A stretch of 64,000 nt of DNA. Origin: Octopus bimaculoides (taxonomy: Eukaryota). The position numbers and the translations under genes are program-made. The stretch covers positions 1,617,296-1,681,295 of the forward strand of contig NC_068986.1 of the NCBI RefSeq assembly GCF_001194135.2, read 5' to 3'. The notes below the pieces were generated by a model, which was not told the DNA's origin, made no database searches, and worked only from the letters and a program-made list of their open reading frames with translations. Positions 24,552-37,210 of this stretch are shown here, one piece after another (within the stretch, counting starts at the first letter, position 1; every line of letters starts with the position of its first letter).

Positions 24552-24625
24552 GTTTCACCAGTCCTCAGTCAAATCGTCCAACCCATGCTAGCATGGAAAG
24601 CGGACGTTAAACGATGATGATGATG
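24552..24625 (+). mobile_element. Family D 3' end, young copy (runs out of a gap)
   Basis: Identical by eye to the 3' end of the 45729-45900 copy. Confidence 0.9.
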
Positions 24626-24894
24626 GGGGTCATAAAGTTCACAATTTCACCCAGGAGGGATGAGAGATCTCAAACTAACTCAAAGTGAGATATGATCAGA
24701 AAACATAAAGAGACATAAAATATATATATCCAAATAATGTATTCAATGAACTCTATGGATACACGTAAAGTGGTGAATTTAGATCATAGGCAGGTTGACA
24801 GTGAATACAGATTCTCTACGATGCAGACGCAAAGGGTTAGCAGTTACAAAGGGTTAGCAGTTACAGTATCAATAGAATAATTTTTTTTTTCCAG

Positions 24895-24960
24895 CGCTTG
24901 GCAGGAACAGTAGAAGTAGTTGACAGCTTCTATTGCTTAGATGACCAAATTAGCTATGCT
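24895..24960 (+). mobile_element. Short RTE reverse-transcriptase C-terminal fragment
   Basis: VEVVDSFYCLDDQIS resembles the RTE motif LEVVDSFxYLGDxIS. Confidence 0.5.
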
Positions 24961-25185
24961 AGTCAGATGATATCAAGAAGTACTCTCCACCACCATGGTA
25001 GAGGATGATGCTTTTCAGAGAGTACACTATAGTGCACCCACTTCCACGAGGGTGGAAGACTGTATACCACATCTTTGTACATGGCATCTCTCTCTCTGTA
25101 TGTCTCCATATATGGCTGACACTGTATCTCCCAGTATGCCTTTTATACTTGGCTTGTACTGCTCTCAAAAGCCATTGGCATACAG

Positions 25186-25953
25186 CAGCAATTCTAAACC
25201 ATTTTTCTTTTTACAAGTGAACGCCTTTGATTCCTATTTCACTCAGTTGGACCCTTATTGCCATTTGATGTTTTAAAAGAAATCCTATTATATTTTTATA
25301 CTTAAATATCATGGGCTTCACGGAGGCAATGACAAGTGACTGAGACCTTAGGTGATATGCTGTGCTTGAGAAAACCCGTGAAGCCAAGTGAAATTGTAGT
25401 CATGGCCATTGCCAATGTCATGTAACTGGCACCCATACCATACTGGCACACAAAAAGCACCTTTCGAGTGTTGGCCTCACAGAGGCAATGTGTCTGATGC
25501 TGGTGTCGCATAAGTAGCACCCATGCTGGTGACATGTAAAAAGCACCTTTCGAGGGTAGGGTCTCACAGACGCAATGACAAATTGCAGAGACCTTTGGCA
25601 ATACACTGTGTTTGAGTAGAAGACTTATCAAGCCAAGTGATATCACAGTCTTGGAAGATACTGATGCCATGCAAATGGCACCAGTGGCACATAAAACTCT
25701 TGGAGAAAGGGCATCCAGCCATAGAAACCATGCCACAACAGACCAGAGTCTGATGCAGTCCTTCAGCTTACCAGCCTTGGTCAAACAGTTCAATCCATGC
25801 CAACATGGACATCATAAAGAATTGTATTTAAAAAATTGTTAATTTATTTTATGTACTGTAGAAGTATATAATTAATTTATTACAGATAAATTTTAACAAG
25901 AAAATCTTATATGGACCCATAAGAGCCATATGGATCCCAGTTGAGAACTACTG
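25186..25953 (+). mobile_element. hAT-like MITE carrying a nested family D insertion
   Basis: Left end CAGCAATTCTAAACC...TTTGATTCCTATTTCACTC (homologous to 43414-43530), right end GTTGAGAACTACTG; CAGTGGTTCTCAAC-type TIR. 8-bp TSD not preserved. Confidence 0.55.
25305..25830 (+). mobile_element. Family D-related element with internal tandem subrepeats
   Basis: AAAAAGCACCTTTCGAG...CTCACAGA.GCAATG occurs twice; 3' GAAAGGGCATCCAGCCATAGAAACC...CCATGCCAACATGG. Confidence 0.75.
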
Positions 25954-26480
25954 ATGTATACCTACTTTCCATAGAATGTAGTACCCTGTCAAAGGCTTTC
26001 TTCCAGTTAATAAATACTAAATATTGTGGTTTGCACTTTTCACTAAGAACTTCTGTTGTAGATGTCTCAGTAGGGAGAAGGATCAGTTGTACCCCACTCT
26101 GAACTACATCTCATGAAAGCTAAATATGCTCCTTATCATTACCTAATGTAGATACATCAAAGTACCAGCTATATACTGAGGGCTGATTTACTTGACTCAC
26201 ATTGGTATCTCCTGTGTTGGTTTAGGTAAAGAGACTGGCGTCAAGAAACTCGAATATATTGTAAGTGATATTTGTGTCTTCAGAACAGATGAATGTTAAC
26301 TTCCAACAACTGCAGTTTTCCTGTTGGGGGCCAATGAGCCTAAATATTAAGTGTTTTGAGAAATATAAAGAGGAACAAGGTCACGCGTATATATATCATA
26401 TGGTTGATGGGATGCATGAGATGTGGTCCCTGGAACACAATTATATTTTGAAGCATGTCATCAGTAGCAGCAGCAGCGGC

Positions 26481-27093
26481 AGAGAGAAGACGGAGAAGAA
26501 GAAGAAGAAGTAGAAGATAGAAGAGAAGGAGGAGGAGAAGAAGAAGAAAAAGAAGATGAAGAAGAGAAGGAGAAGAAGAAGAAGACGGAGAAGAAGGAGG
26601 AAGAGAAGGAGGAGGAGAAGAAAAAGAAGAAAAAGAAGAAGAGAAGAAGGAGGAGGAGAAGGAGGGGGAGAAGAAAAAGAAGAAAAAGAAGAAGACGAAG
26701 AAAGAGAAGAAGAAGAAGAAGAAGAAGAAGAAGATGGACGATAAGGAGGAGGAGGAGAAGGAAGAGGAGAAGGAGGAGGAGGAGAAGAAGACGAAGAAGA
26801 GAAGGAGGAAGAGAAGAAAAAGAAGATGGAAGAGAAGGAAGAGGAGGAGGAGAAGAAGAAGAAAAAGAAGAAGACGAAGAAGAGGAGAAAAAGAAGAAGA
26901 TAAGGAGGAGGAGAAGGAGGGGGAGGAGAAGAAGAAAAAGAAGAAAAAGAAGATGGAAGAGAAGAAGATAGAAAAGAAGGAGGAGAAGGAGGAGGAGGAG
27001 AAGAAGAAGAAGAAAAAGAAAAAGAAGATAGAAGAGAAGGAGGAGGAGGAGAACAAGAAGAACAAGAAGAAGAAGAAGAAAAAGAAGAAGAAA
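26481..27093 (+). repeat. ~610 bp polypurine (GAA/GAG) low-complexity tract
   Basis: Almost exclusively A/G on the + strand with recurring longer blocks (e.g. GAAGATAGAAGAGAAGGAGGAGGAG). Confidence 0.95.
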
Positions 27094-27249
27094 TTCCTCA
27101 ATGCTCTCCCAGTGATTAAGAATTATTTGTTAGCTAGATTTTACAAGAGAAACAGTTCTAATAACACTTTATGGTCTTTTCAGTATTAAGAGGGGTGGTG
27201 GTGGTGGGGTGGGTTAACCATCATCAGAGGAAGACAGTTAAATTTGAAT

Positions 27250-27740
27250 TTATGTTTGTTAGTGGTTTATGGGAACACGAGTAAGAAGAGAAGTTTGTGC
27301 TGAGGAGAGGGGGAGGAGTTTTCTAGAAGGGGTTGATTGAAGAATATTGCAATGCAAAATGGCTTTTCCTTGTTTTTGTTTTGTTGTTAATGGGTTCCAT
27401 TTTGTGCTGGTGGCCTTTGCAAGGTCTTCTGAGATGGGTTGAGATGTTAGCAGCTGATGTTGTTCTTCAATGGGAGATGGGAGGGAGACAGTGTTAAGGG
27501 GTAGGAGGATTGAGGAGAGAATGGTTAGCAGAGGGATGGAGGGACACATAATATGGGAGATAATAGAAGGAGAGAAAATTGGGTCTAGTGGGGCTGAGTG
27601 AAGGAGACAAGAGAACTGCCGGCTCTGAAGAGCAGTGTTTTGTGTAGTAGTGATAGAAAAGATGAATTGAAGAGAGCAGCACGTTTGTCAAGCAGAAGTT
27701 GGAGTTCATGTTGGAGAAAGATGAATGAGGAGATACACTG
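27250..27740 (-). mobile_element. Decayed retroelement coding fragment, possibly Penelope-like
   Basis: Pyrimidine-rich minus strand with long S/P/L-rich frames (FLQHELQLLLDKRAALF...SFTQPH), similar in composition to 1500-1890; motif match is weak. Confidence 0.35.
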
Positions 27741-27747
27741 TAAAGGT

Positions 27748-27750
<3 letters not shown>

Positions 27751-27797
<47 letters not shown>

Positions 27798-27850
27798 CAG
27801 ATAGATAGGTAGACAGATAGATAGATAGATGGATAGACAGACAGACAGAT
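27751..27850 (+). repeat. (GATA)n/(GACA)n microsatellite
   Basis: Directly visible. Confidence 0.95.
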
Positions 27851-27989
27851 AACACACCACATAATAGGCTAGCAAAAGAAAGAAAATGAATTGTGTGATA
27901 TTCTCGGAGAATTTATGGTGGTAATAGTGTCTTTTGACATCTATTTTCTCAGTGCGTGATGAGGCGCAAGCCAAGCCCTTGTTATAATC

Positions 27990-28396
27990 ATAGATGGAAA
28001 CTAGGGATTGATGGCTGAAAATTTTCATGATCACATAACCCCTAACATTTGGCCTCCTAATTCCCCAGATCTCAATCCATTGGACTATTATATGCGGACC
28101 ATTGTTGAGAGAGAGGTCAATGAACATGCCCATAACACCAAAGATTCTTTGAAAGCTGCCATAATCAGAGTAATGTCCAAAATGAACCAGGACCACTTGA
28201 TTCGAGCATGGAGAGGATTTAGATCTCATTTAGAAGCAGTTGTTGAAGCTGAAGGTGGCTCTATTGAATAACATTGTAGAAAAGAAGGTTGACTTTTATC
28301 CCCATAGCATTTCTTGATAAATAAAGTTATTATCTGTTATCATATATCTGTTTTTTTATTGACATAAATCTGTCCTCAAATATTTTACGCACCCTG
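27990..28396 (+). mobile_element. Tc1/mariner-superfamily maT (DD37D-type) transposon 3' remnant with right TIR
   Basis: ORF 28008-28271 WPPNSPDLNPLDYY...IVEREVNEHAHNTKDSLKAAI...LEAVVEAEGGSIE* has third catalytic D in SPDLNPLDY as in Bmmar1/maT; ends TATTTTACGCACCCTG|TA (CAGGGTG-type TIR + TA). A 1-bp deletion lies upstream (ETRD-W); left TIR absent. Confidence 0.85.
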
Positions 28397-29714
28397 TATA
28401 TATGTGTATGTGTGTGTGTGTGTGTGTGTGTAAATATACCTACGTCTATACACACACACTCACATACACACACACAATATATACATGCTATTACTTTTGT
28501 ATCTTCAAATAGTTATGTGTGTTATGTATGTGGATGTGTGGATGTGCTGTGCACATGCGTAATTAGTCTGCATATATTTAGTTGTGAACTTACAATACAA
28601 AACAGTCTACTGAATGTAATTCTTGATAAGAGAGTTACAGGTGTATATTTTTTTGAGATTAGTTATTCTTAGAATAGTTCAGGTTTTCAGGATTATTTAT
28701 CATTTCAATCAAAATGTATTAAGCTATCTAAATTAACCTTTTTACTTCAACTACCTACCCACATAAACAGATACATACACACATAGGCATACGCACACAC
28801 ACACACACAAAGAAAAAGAGGGTAAGAAACACATCATCTACTGGATGATAAATAAACCAGTAAAATTTGAGGAACTTAATGATGGTTGATCTACATTGAT
28901 AACATAGCAGAACAAAAAGCTCAAAATGGAATATATTCACTTTAACAGCGGAGGACAGAGTCTTTATGAAACTTCTCTTCTTCATTATAGCAAAAAGAAA
29001 AACTTATTTCAATTTGGAGATTTTTAAAGTTCTTTTAATCTTTTAGCCAGGAGGAATGGCATGTCTGTGACCCTTTGGGGGGGGGGGGGCAAAATCTGTT
29101 CAGAGGGGTAGAAAAAAAAATATACCCTTAAGTTTTTTATGTGTTGAATCATCACAAGCAAACATGTATTATACAATCATCACAGAGATTTTGCCCCACA
29201 CCCAAATAATTTTGATACTATCTATTTAACCTTTATTGGGCTTAATTGAAACAACTGATAATAAATCTTTATTAAATGCTATATCTCCATTTTCTTATTT
29301 TTCATTTGAATGATTATAAACCAGGGTTTATATACAAACCTTTTATTTTACGAATATTATTATTTGCAATAAATATTAGGTATTGACCCAGAAATTCATT
29401 GGATAATACCATCCCTTAACGAGGCTAATTTAACCTCTAACTGAATGTATAAATATATACATATATATTCATGTATGTATATATATCTTCATGTCACTAC
29501 ATTATGTCTGGCTGCAGTCCAGTAACTGAAACAAGTAAAAGATTAACAAAAAAAAAAAGAAAAAAATTAAATTAAAAATAAAAGAGAGTGGTTTATAAAA
29601 TCAGTCTTCTGCTTGTTGAAAAGAAATCCCTTCTTAAATGTGCTCAGAAAAGCCTTAACGCTGCACAATGGAGTCATCTGTAATATCTTGTTAATGCAAA
29701 CTATAAGATTACAG

Positions 29715-29960
29715 AACACACTTTAAATACTTTGGAAAGCTCTTAAATCATGAGATTAAAAAGTCATTAGAAGACACTGGTAAATGCCTAATTATGAAGC
29801 ATTGAAATAACTATAGAATCTAACTGTCTTATGAAGCAATTATCAAACGAGGCAACTTTCCAGTATGATAGCCGGTGTTTGCTATATTAGGATGCTAAGG
29901 AACCATTGGACTTTTAATACTATAATCCTTGATGCAGGATTGCTGAGACAGTATTGTGCA
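29715..29960 (+). mobile_element. Highly decayed LINE RT C-terminal fragment
   Basis: FKYFGKLLNHEIKK...PVFAILGC...WT resembles FKYLG...PVLLYGCETWT; many stops. Confidence 0.4.
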
Positions 29961-30084
29961 TGAGGTTAGATTTGGGAATTAGGACAAGATTAAGGCAATG
30001 TGATATTATACAAGCAAAGGTTATGACATCACAAAATAACAGAGCTTAAAATAATTCATTTACTTTTTATTTATTTATCGTTTA

Positions 30085-30287
30085 TTTCTTGTTTCAGTCA
30101 TTTGACTGCAGCCATGCTTGAGCACCACCTTAAAGGGTTTTAATCAAACAAATCAACCCCAGGACTTATTCTTTGTAAGCCTAATACTTATTCTATCAGT
30201 CTCTTTCGCCAAACCACTAAGTTACAGGGACATAAACACACCAGCATTGGTTCTCAAGCAATGGCGGGGGGAGGGTAAACACAGACA

Positions 30288-30290
<3 letters not shown>
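30085..30290 (-). mobile_element. SINE family A 3' half
   Basis: GTTTCAGTCATTTGACTGCAGCCATGC...GGACTTATTCTTTGTAAGCCTAATACTTATTCTATC...CTAAGTTACAGGGACATAAACACACC. Confidence 0.9.
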
Positions 30291-30351
<61 letters not shown>

Positions 30352-30540
30352 TATGTATGTGTGCATGTGTGTGTGTGTGTGTGTATGTATGTTATTCAGT
30401 TTTATTTCAAGATTTCTTCTAAATAAAGAAAGAGTCAGTTTCTAATCTAGATCCAAGGCCCCGTCATTGGAATTTCAAAAATATCAACAATATTTTTATG
30501 CACTTTTATGTATATTTTATATATGTATGTATTTTGATAC

Positions 30541-30593
<53 letters not shown>

Positions 30594-31137
30594 CTCAGTC
30601 ATGTGGCTTTGGGTTCAGTTTCACTGTGGAGTACCCTGAGCAAGATGTAAATATTAAAACCAATTCTTCATCTGTAGAGGTGAGGTTATTAGTAAAACAA
30701 ATTATGATTTTATCAACAACATCTCATCTCAGAGATTTAGATATTAAATTATAACATCCTACAGAATGTTTGTACCAATAGAAGAAATATATGGATATTA
30801 ATGTGAAGTAAGCTATTATTACATTGAATTAATGCTACTACAATAGCCTCAGAGCAGACTTCAAGGCATTTAATATGTCCAGGTTTTCAAATAATACAAT
30901 AATACACAAAAGTTGATATAATACCCATTGAAACTTCACACTCCTTTTACATACAAAACAATCAACACCAAAACAAGCTTTAATCACCAAACAACTTCAA
31001 CAATGAATGCACTCAAAAACATATCCCCCAAGGCAGCAAAAAACAAAACACATCCTCACTTATATATCAGTAGTAGCAAAACCTCATAAAAATTCTAGAG
31101 ACAACTGCAGACACCACACAGATTAGGAATAATTCTA

Positions 31138-31168
<31 letters not shown>

Positions 31169-32620
31169 TAAAGTCTCCTTGTTTTGATATTCCATGATAA
31201 TTTTAAATGATAGTTACTTTTATACAAGCAGTGCCGTTCATTTCTAATATTCTGCATAAACATGTCTGACTATGGAGAAACATCACTTTGCTTGGAAAGA
31301 AGTGAGGGTTGGTGATAGAAAAGGCATCCAGCCATAGAAAATCTGCTTCAATAAGCTTCATCCAACCCATGCAAGCATGGAAAAATGGATGTTAGAATGA
31401 TGATAATGATAATGATGATGATGATGATGCTGATGATAAGATTTTAGAAGGGAAACTACACAAGCAAATATTTCAATATTTAACTAATACGTTTCTGTTT
31501 CATATTTGTTCAGAAAACATCAACATCATTTTCACCAATTTTAGGGAGTCAGTCAGTGAAGGTTTGGGTACAGCCCCATCTTATCATCCAGACCAAACAA
31601 TAAAAATTCTTTATTTTTATTTCCTTTATTTAAAAAAGCAAAATGTGTTATGTTCAGATGGAATTACAAAGAATTATTTTAGAATTTCTTATTCATTTAC
31701 TTAAACATTGCATCCCAGAATAGAATTTTCAGGAGGCAGAGATCCAATAACGTGTGTTAGTCTACGAGGAGAGCACAACGGTAAGCTTAACAGAAATGTC
31801 TTATTTTATTTAAAACCTTGGCACACAGTTAATGTTTGTAAACAGCTGTAGCTAAATATGGAAGCCTATATTGGAGTTATTTGATTAAACTCTACAAGAT
31901 ATGATAAATATGGTGGTCAGAGAAAATAATAATTAATCATAGAGAAGCTTTCATTCAGATATTTAGAAAAAACAGTATTTAATATTTAAATAGTTAATGT
32001 TGTTGTTGTTATTGTTGCTTAGTTTTAAGTCAGTCAAGATCAGCCTATTGTTATTATTTTGTCCTAACTGTTAAAGTATCAAACACTGTGCTTGAAGTTC
32101 AAACCCCATGAAGGTCAACTTTGCCATTCACCCTTTCAGGGTCAATGGAAAAAGCAATAGGGATTAATTCTTCTTTTTTCCCTTTCAGAATGGGCAAAAA
32201 GTCAACAAGTTAGGGTTTGTAAACCCCCTTCAACAGGAATGGGGAACCACTTTTGTATTCTGCATGAAAAAGCCATTACAACTGCATTGTGCTAATCAAA
32301 GAAGTCAAAAGGGGTCACCTGTCAACCAGATGGTTCAAGAAATGAAGAGTTAATGTGAGGGATATGTGGCTGCTATTCCTAGCAGGTCATCTGAACAGAT
32401 AAAGGATCCCCCACCATATGATTATTAACTCTGGAAGTGAATAAAAGCTACATAAACACAGCTTGTATACAGCTTACTTTCTGTTACAAATACCTCTATA
32501 GTCTACTGGACAGTGCAAGGAACCAAAGATTAATTCAAGGGATATTTGGCTGCTATTCCTAGCAGGTCAGGTGAACAGATAGAAAATCCCCCACCAAGTG
32601 ATCAATAACATTGGAAGGGA

Positions 32621-32826
32621 AGGTGGCAGAAACATTAGCAGACCGGGAGAAATGCTTTGCGGTATTTCGTCTGTCTTTATGTTCTGAGTTCAAATTCCGC
32701 CGAGGTCGACTTTGCCTTTCATCCTCTCAGGGGTCGATAAATTAAGTACCAGTTGCGTACTGGGGTCGATCTAATCAACTGGCCCCATCCCCAAAAGTTT
32801 TGTGCCTTGTGCCTAGAGTAGAAAAG
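32621..32826 (+). mobile_element. SINE family B, young full-length copy with 17-bp TSD
   Basis: TGGCAGAAACATTAG A-box, GAGTTCAAATTCC B-box; flanked by AATAACATTGGAAGGGA (32604-32620) and AATAACTTTGGAAGGGA (32827-32843). Confidence 0.9.
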
Positions 32827-34494
32827 AATAACTTTGGAAGGGATTGTAAACTGTATACAAACAGTGTCGCATGTAAAAGCTTATTTTCTGTTGAGGATGC
32901 CGATATTGTCTACTGCTGTTGCTGTTGTCTATATAGAAAATATCTGAAGAAATGTCAATGAACAATATTTTGAGTTGCTATGAACATGTTTTTCAAACAA
33001 CAAACAAATAAAGTATACATGTATGAGAAAACATGAAATCCGTCTTTATTTTATATATTTTGTTGTCAAGACCGAATATCATTTTAAATATTGCAAAATG
33101 AATGGGTGCGAATAGCTCTTCCCTTAATGGAGCCATAACTGCTGTTGTTAATTCTTTCAAGTGGAAAGGAACTGTCACAGAAACATTGTTATCTGATTGT
33201 GCTTCAATCTTTCCCTTTTTTTTTTTTAATTATTTAAAATATTTATTTGCTTTTTTTTGTTGCTTTTTCTAAGACCATTTTAACCTGATGCTTTCAATTA
33301 ATTGTGAGAGAGAAAAAAAAAATGTTTTTCAAAATTTTATAGCTTAACATTTCTTGTTTGTTTCTTTTTCTCTTCTTTTTTCCCTTTTTTCTTTTACATC
33401 TTTTGCAATATAAATAACACACTGTAGTGTGTTTTATTGCACACTTGAAATGAAGCTAAAACAACAATAGCAAATATATAAATGTTAAAAACTAACTGTC
33501 ATCCTTCAATAATAACAATGACGATGACAACAACAACAACAACAAAACAGCAGTGGTAACAACAACAATATCAAGTGGTGTAATATATAATACAAAATAT
33601 CTGGTCAAGATAGCACTGAAAAATTTTGAAAAGCATTGCAGCAAAATCAGAAATTATGCAGATTTTTGTCAAATTTAAGACATACGCAATTTCAAAGTTT
33701 TGTTTGCTGTTTTATTAGGTTTTTGTTTTTAAGAGTAGTTTATTAAATATTTTGTTGTTGTTTCTATTGTTGTTGTTGTTGTTCTGATACCCATTTAAAG
33801 AACGGCTTTGAAAAATTCCAACAGTCCGTTACTGGTTGTCTGTCTGTGGGAGAGGCAACATCTTTTGTCTTCTCTTCCACATTGTAATCACTGCTATCAC
33901 AGAGTAATAACATTAAAATAACATATTCTCATCTGAACTCAAAAGAAGCAAGGTGGGTGTATAGCCAGTATTACGTGATTTCTATTATTATTATTATTAT
34001 CCTCATCATCATCACCATCATCATTAGTGCTATTGTTGCTGTTGTTATTGTTGTTATTGTTGATGTAAAAAAAACAAAGAAACAAAGCCTGGTTTTTAAA
34101 GAGCAATGTCAACTTTGGCATTGCAGTGGCACAATGTCTGAATTAGACAATGAAAATATAAAAGATAAGTGAATCAACCTGACTGTGTTTGGATGATGAT
34201 TAAGCAATGAAATTCTGTTGTTATAAATATTTTCAATGGGTCCTGTTTTTCATTATCATTGGTTCAGCCGGTTATTATTGTTACTCTAAAGAAAGCAGCA
34301 TTGAGTATTGTTCATTGGCACGAGAAATCTTGTTAACTGTCAGAAGAGAGCAAAAGTTGCACGTCTTCAAATGGCATCCCTTATCTGGAGAGAACTCCTC
34401 CTTTCCCAGCATCCAGACATCTGGGAGGTCTTCCTTTGAGTTTGATCAATTAATACAGAGTTGAACCAACAACAAAGAGCTTAATGTCTGTGCA

Positions 34495-34540
<46 letters not shown>

Positions 34541-36574
34541 CATGTATGCACATGCATGTACAGTCATGCATGTGTGTAAGTGTGTTCATGTTTACCAGTA
34601 TGAGCTGATAAGCTGAGTTACAACCCTTTATGTTTGCAATTGACAGATAGATGTGGATCAAAGAAGTACTAGACTGAAATAGATATTAGGGCTGACATGA
34701 TTGGCTAAAACCCTTGAAGATGGTGGCACCACTAGTAAGAGAATAGACTATGACATTATTACCACTTGATTCTCAAATACTTGTATGCAATTTATATTCA
34801 TCATCATCATTGTTTAACATCTATTTTCCATGTTGGATAAGTTGGACTTTTTGACAGGAGCTGGCCATCCAGAGAGTTGTCCAGACTCCACTTGTGTGTT
34901 TTGGTATGGTTTCTATAGCTGGATTCCTGTCTTAATGCTAAGGATGCCCTTCCTAATGCCGAATATCATAAAACAACTTCCAGATTTACCCTATTATAGT
35001 ATTTAAGACCCTTTGTTTCAATAATCAACATAAGCAACTCTAGCTGTCATTTGGAAATGACGATGGCTTGGTAACATATATATATTTTAGCTAATTGTTT
35101 TTATGTGCTTAGGTAGTCCTGATCAGACACAGCTTCCTCTTAGCTCTGTCTGCTACAGCTGCAGGAAGTGACAGATACACCAGTACTTGACTGGTGTTCA
35201 TTTCAGCTAAGGAGTGCCTTTCTCAATGACACAATGCACCACTTAGTCCAGGAATCAAACAAATGGCCTTATGATCATAAGGCCAGTACTTCAACCAAAT
35301 GGCTACGTGCCTAATCACAGCACACTGTTCATTATCATTTTCAGTAAATAATTTAAACTTTGGAATAACTTTTTTTTCTTCTTCATACAGTATAATTTAG
35401 AATACATTTAACATGCTTGGTTGATTATTGATTAGGCATTAGTTTAAATTTAGCTGCAGTCACTGAACTATGTTACTCAAAGTAAGTTGTTTGATTCTTG
35501 TTACTTTAACACATCTAAATGAATAACAAACTCCACCACACTTCATAGGGTCCCCCCCTCTCTCTCCCCCTATCCCGTGTCTGTAGGGCATCAATGATCA
35601 TGTTCTTCAAAGCCAAAGTCTGAAACTTTATGACTTTTCTTGGAAAAGATGCAGCAGTGGTTTCCCATTACTTTCTGCCAACTTAGTTACTGTTTACTCT
35701 CCTAGTCTCCTGCTCTCCCAAACTTACTCTTGAGAAATAGGGCCATTTAACCCTTAGATAGAGGGACCAGTTTACATGACATTATGGCATGTCCATACAC
35801 TGTTCAGCATATGTGATATATGTCTAGGGACTAGCTCTTCTTTGAGTCCTGTATACCTTAACTACAAGCCTGTTTACTATCTGACCTGTAACAGGGGTAC
35901 TTGACCTTAAATCAGACCAGACCTGGGAATAATGGTGACTAAGGAGTAACTCCACACCCCGTCCCAAAACACCTGAGCTTTCATGCTGATGTTTCAATAC
36001 TGGATGGAGTTTAATATCTCATCCTGAACGTTCATGGGTTAAGAGCTGCAATCCAAGGAAACTGATGAAGGTTCTGTATCATTAACGATTAATCCAAGTT
36101 GTAGGACACAGTTATGCTCCTTGGTAACTGAAATGTTGTATAGTAGTACATCTTTTAAAGGAGGTGATAAGCTATGTAATGTTATCTGAAATGTGTTCTT
36201 TTAGCTTCAAAATGACATATGAAGAATACTGTATGCTCCCAAGCACTACATTAAGTACAAGAAAATGGTAACTGATTAGAAAAATAATTAGAATAATTAT
36301 TCAAATTAGTGTGGTAGTTTGAAATATAAAAAGTATGTTTTCCATGAAAAAAAAAGCATGTCTTCAAAAATATAAGAGAGTAATTTTATTTTTGGTTCTA
36401 TATTTTCTTTAATTTTTTGCTCCTTTTTATTTTTTTAAAACTAAGCTTGAACAATTTTCTTAGTGACTTAGCTATACTAATCCTGAGTGAATCAATATTC
36501 TCAGATGAACTAAAGATTATTATCTTCTTTTTAAAGCAAATTATTCCAACTACAATGAATTCATGTGATTGTAT

Positions 36575-36710
36575 TTGAGGTATTACTGAGTGGACTGGAG
36601 CAACATGAAATGAAGTGCTTTGCTCAAGAACACAACACGTCACCTGGTCCAGGAACTGAAACTTCAATCATGTGTCCAATGCTCCAGCCACTATGTCATG
36701 CACCTCCATC
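36575..36710 (-). mobile_element. SINE family C 5' part
   Basis: GAGTGGACTGGAGCAACATGAAATGAAGTGCTTTGCTCAAGAACACAACAC; similar copy at 59405-59540. Confidence 0.8.
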
Positions 36711-36762
36711 AGATTTTCAGTTGCTGGTGCAGTAATGTGTCAGTTCCAGCATTTGTTCTTCA

Positions 36763-37210
36763 GAAGCCAAACTTGCTATCTTCAATTACCCAAAATATTC
36801 CATGCCTACCTTCACCTACGGTTATGAATGTTGGGTAATGACTGAAAGGATACAATCACAAATACAAGCAGCCAAAATAGGGTTCTGCTAAAGGATCCCT
36901 AGAGTAATGTTACTTGATAGGGTGTGTAGCACAGAGATCAGAGAGTCTCTCCTGATGGAACTGCTACTTCTCTGCATTGAGAGGTCTCAGCTCTGGCAAT
37001 ATAGACATGTGATTAGAATGTTGCAGGAAAGAATTACAAGATGGATTCTTCAAGCTGAGCTGAGCAGTATGAGACATAGAAGTAGATTAAAAACAAGATG
37101 ATTGAATAATATCTGAAGTTTTAGTTGGTCATACTTGAGAATCCAGCTGGAGAGTCTAATGACAGTTGCTTCTGATAGGACTCTACCCCCATAACCCTCC
37201 CAGGAATAAA
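36763..37210 (+). mobile_element. RTE LINE 3' end, Expander/Rex3-like, decayed
   Basis: One frame reads EAKLAIF...PTFTYGYECWVMTERIQSQIQAAKIGFC*RIPRVMLLDRVCSTEIRESL..ELLLLCIERSQL..RHVIRM, closely following the Expander/Rex3 ORF C-terminus; (ATGG)n-like tail AAGATGGATGGA. Confidence 0.85.

Noticed and set aside
26226-26260. + strand 35-nt exon candidate GKETGVKKLEYI with good splice sites
   Set aside because: Isolated, with no compatible neighbouring + strand exons found; within pseudo-exon expectation.
26340-27189. 151-253 aa poly-K/E/R and poly-S/F ORFs
   Set aside because: Products of the polypurine tract; no splice or domain support.
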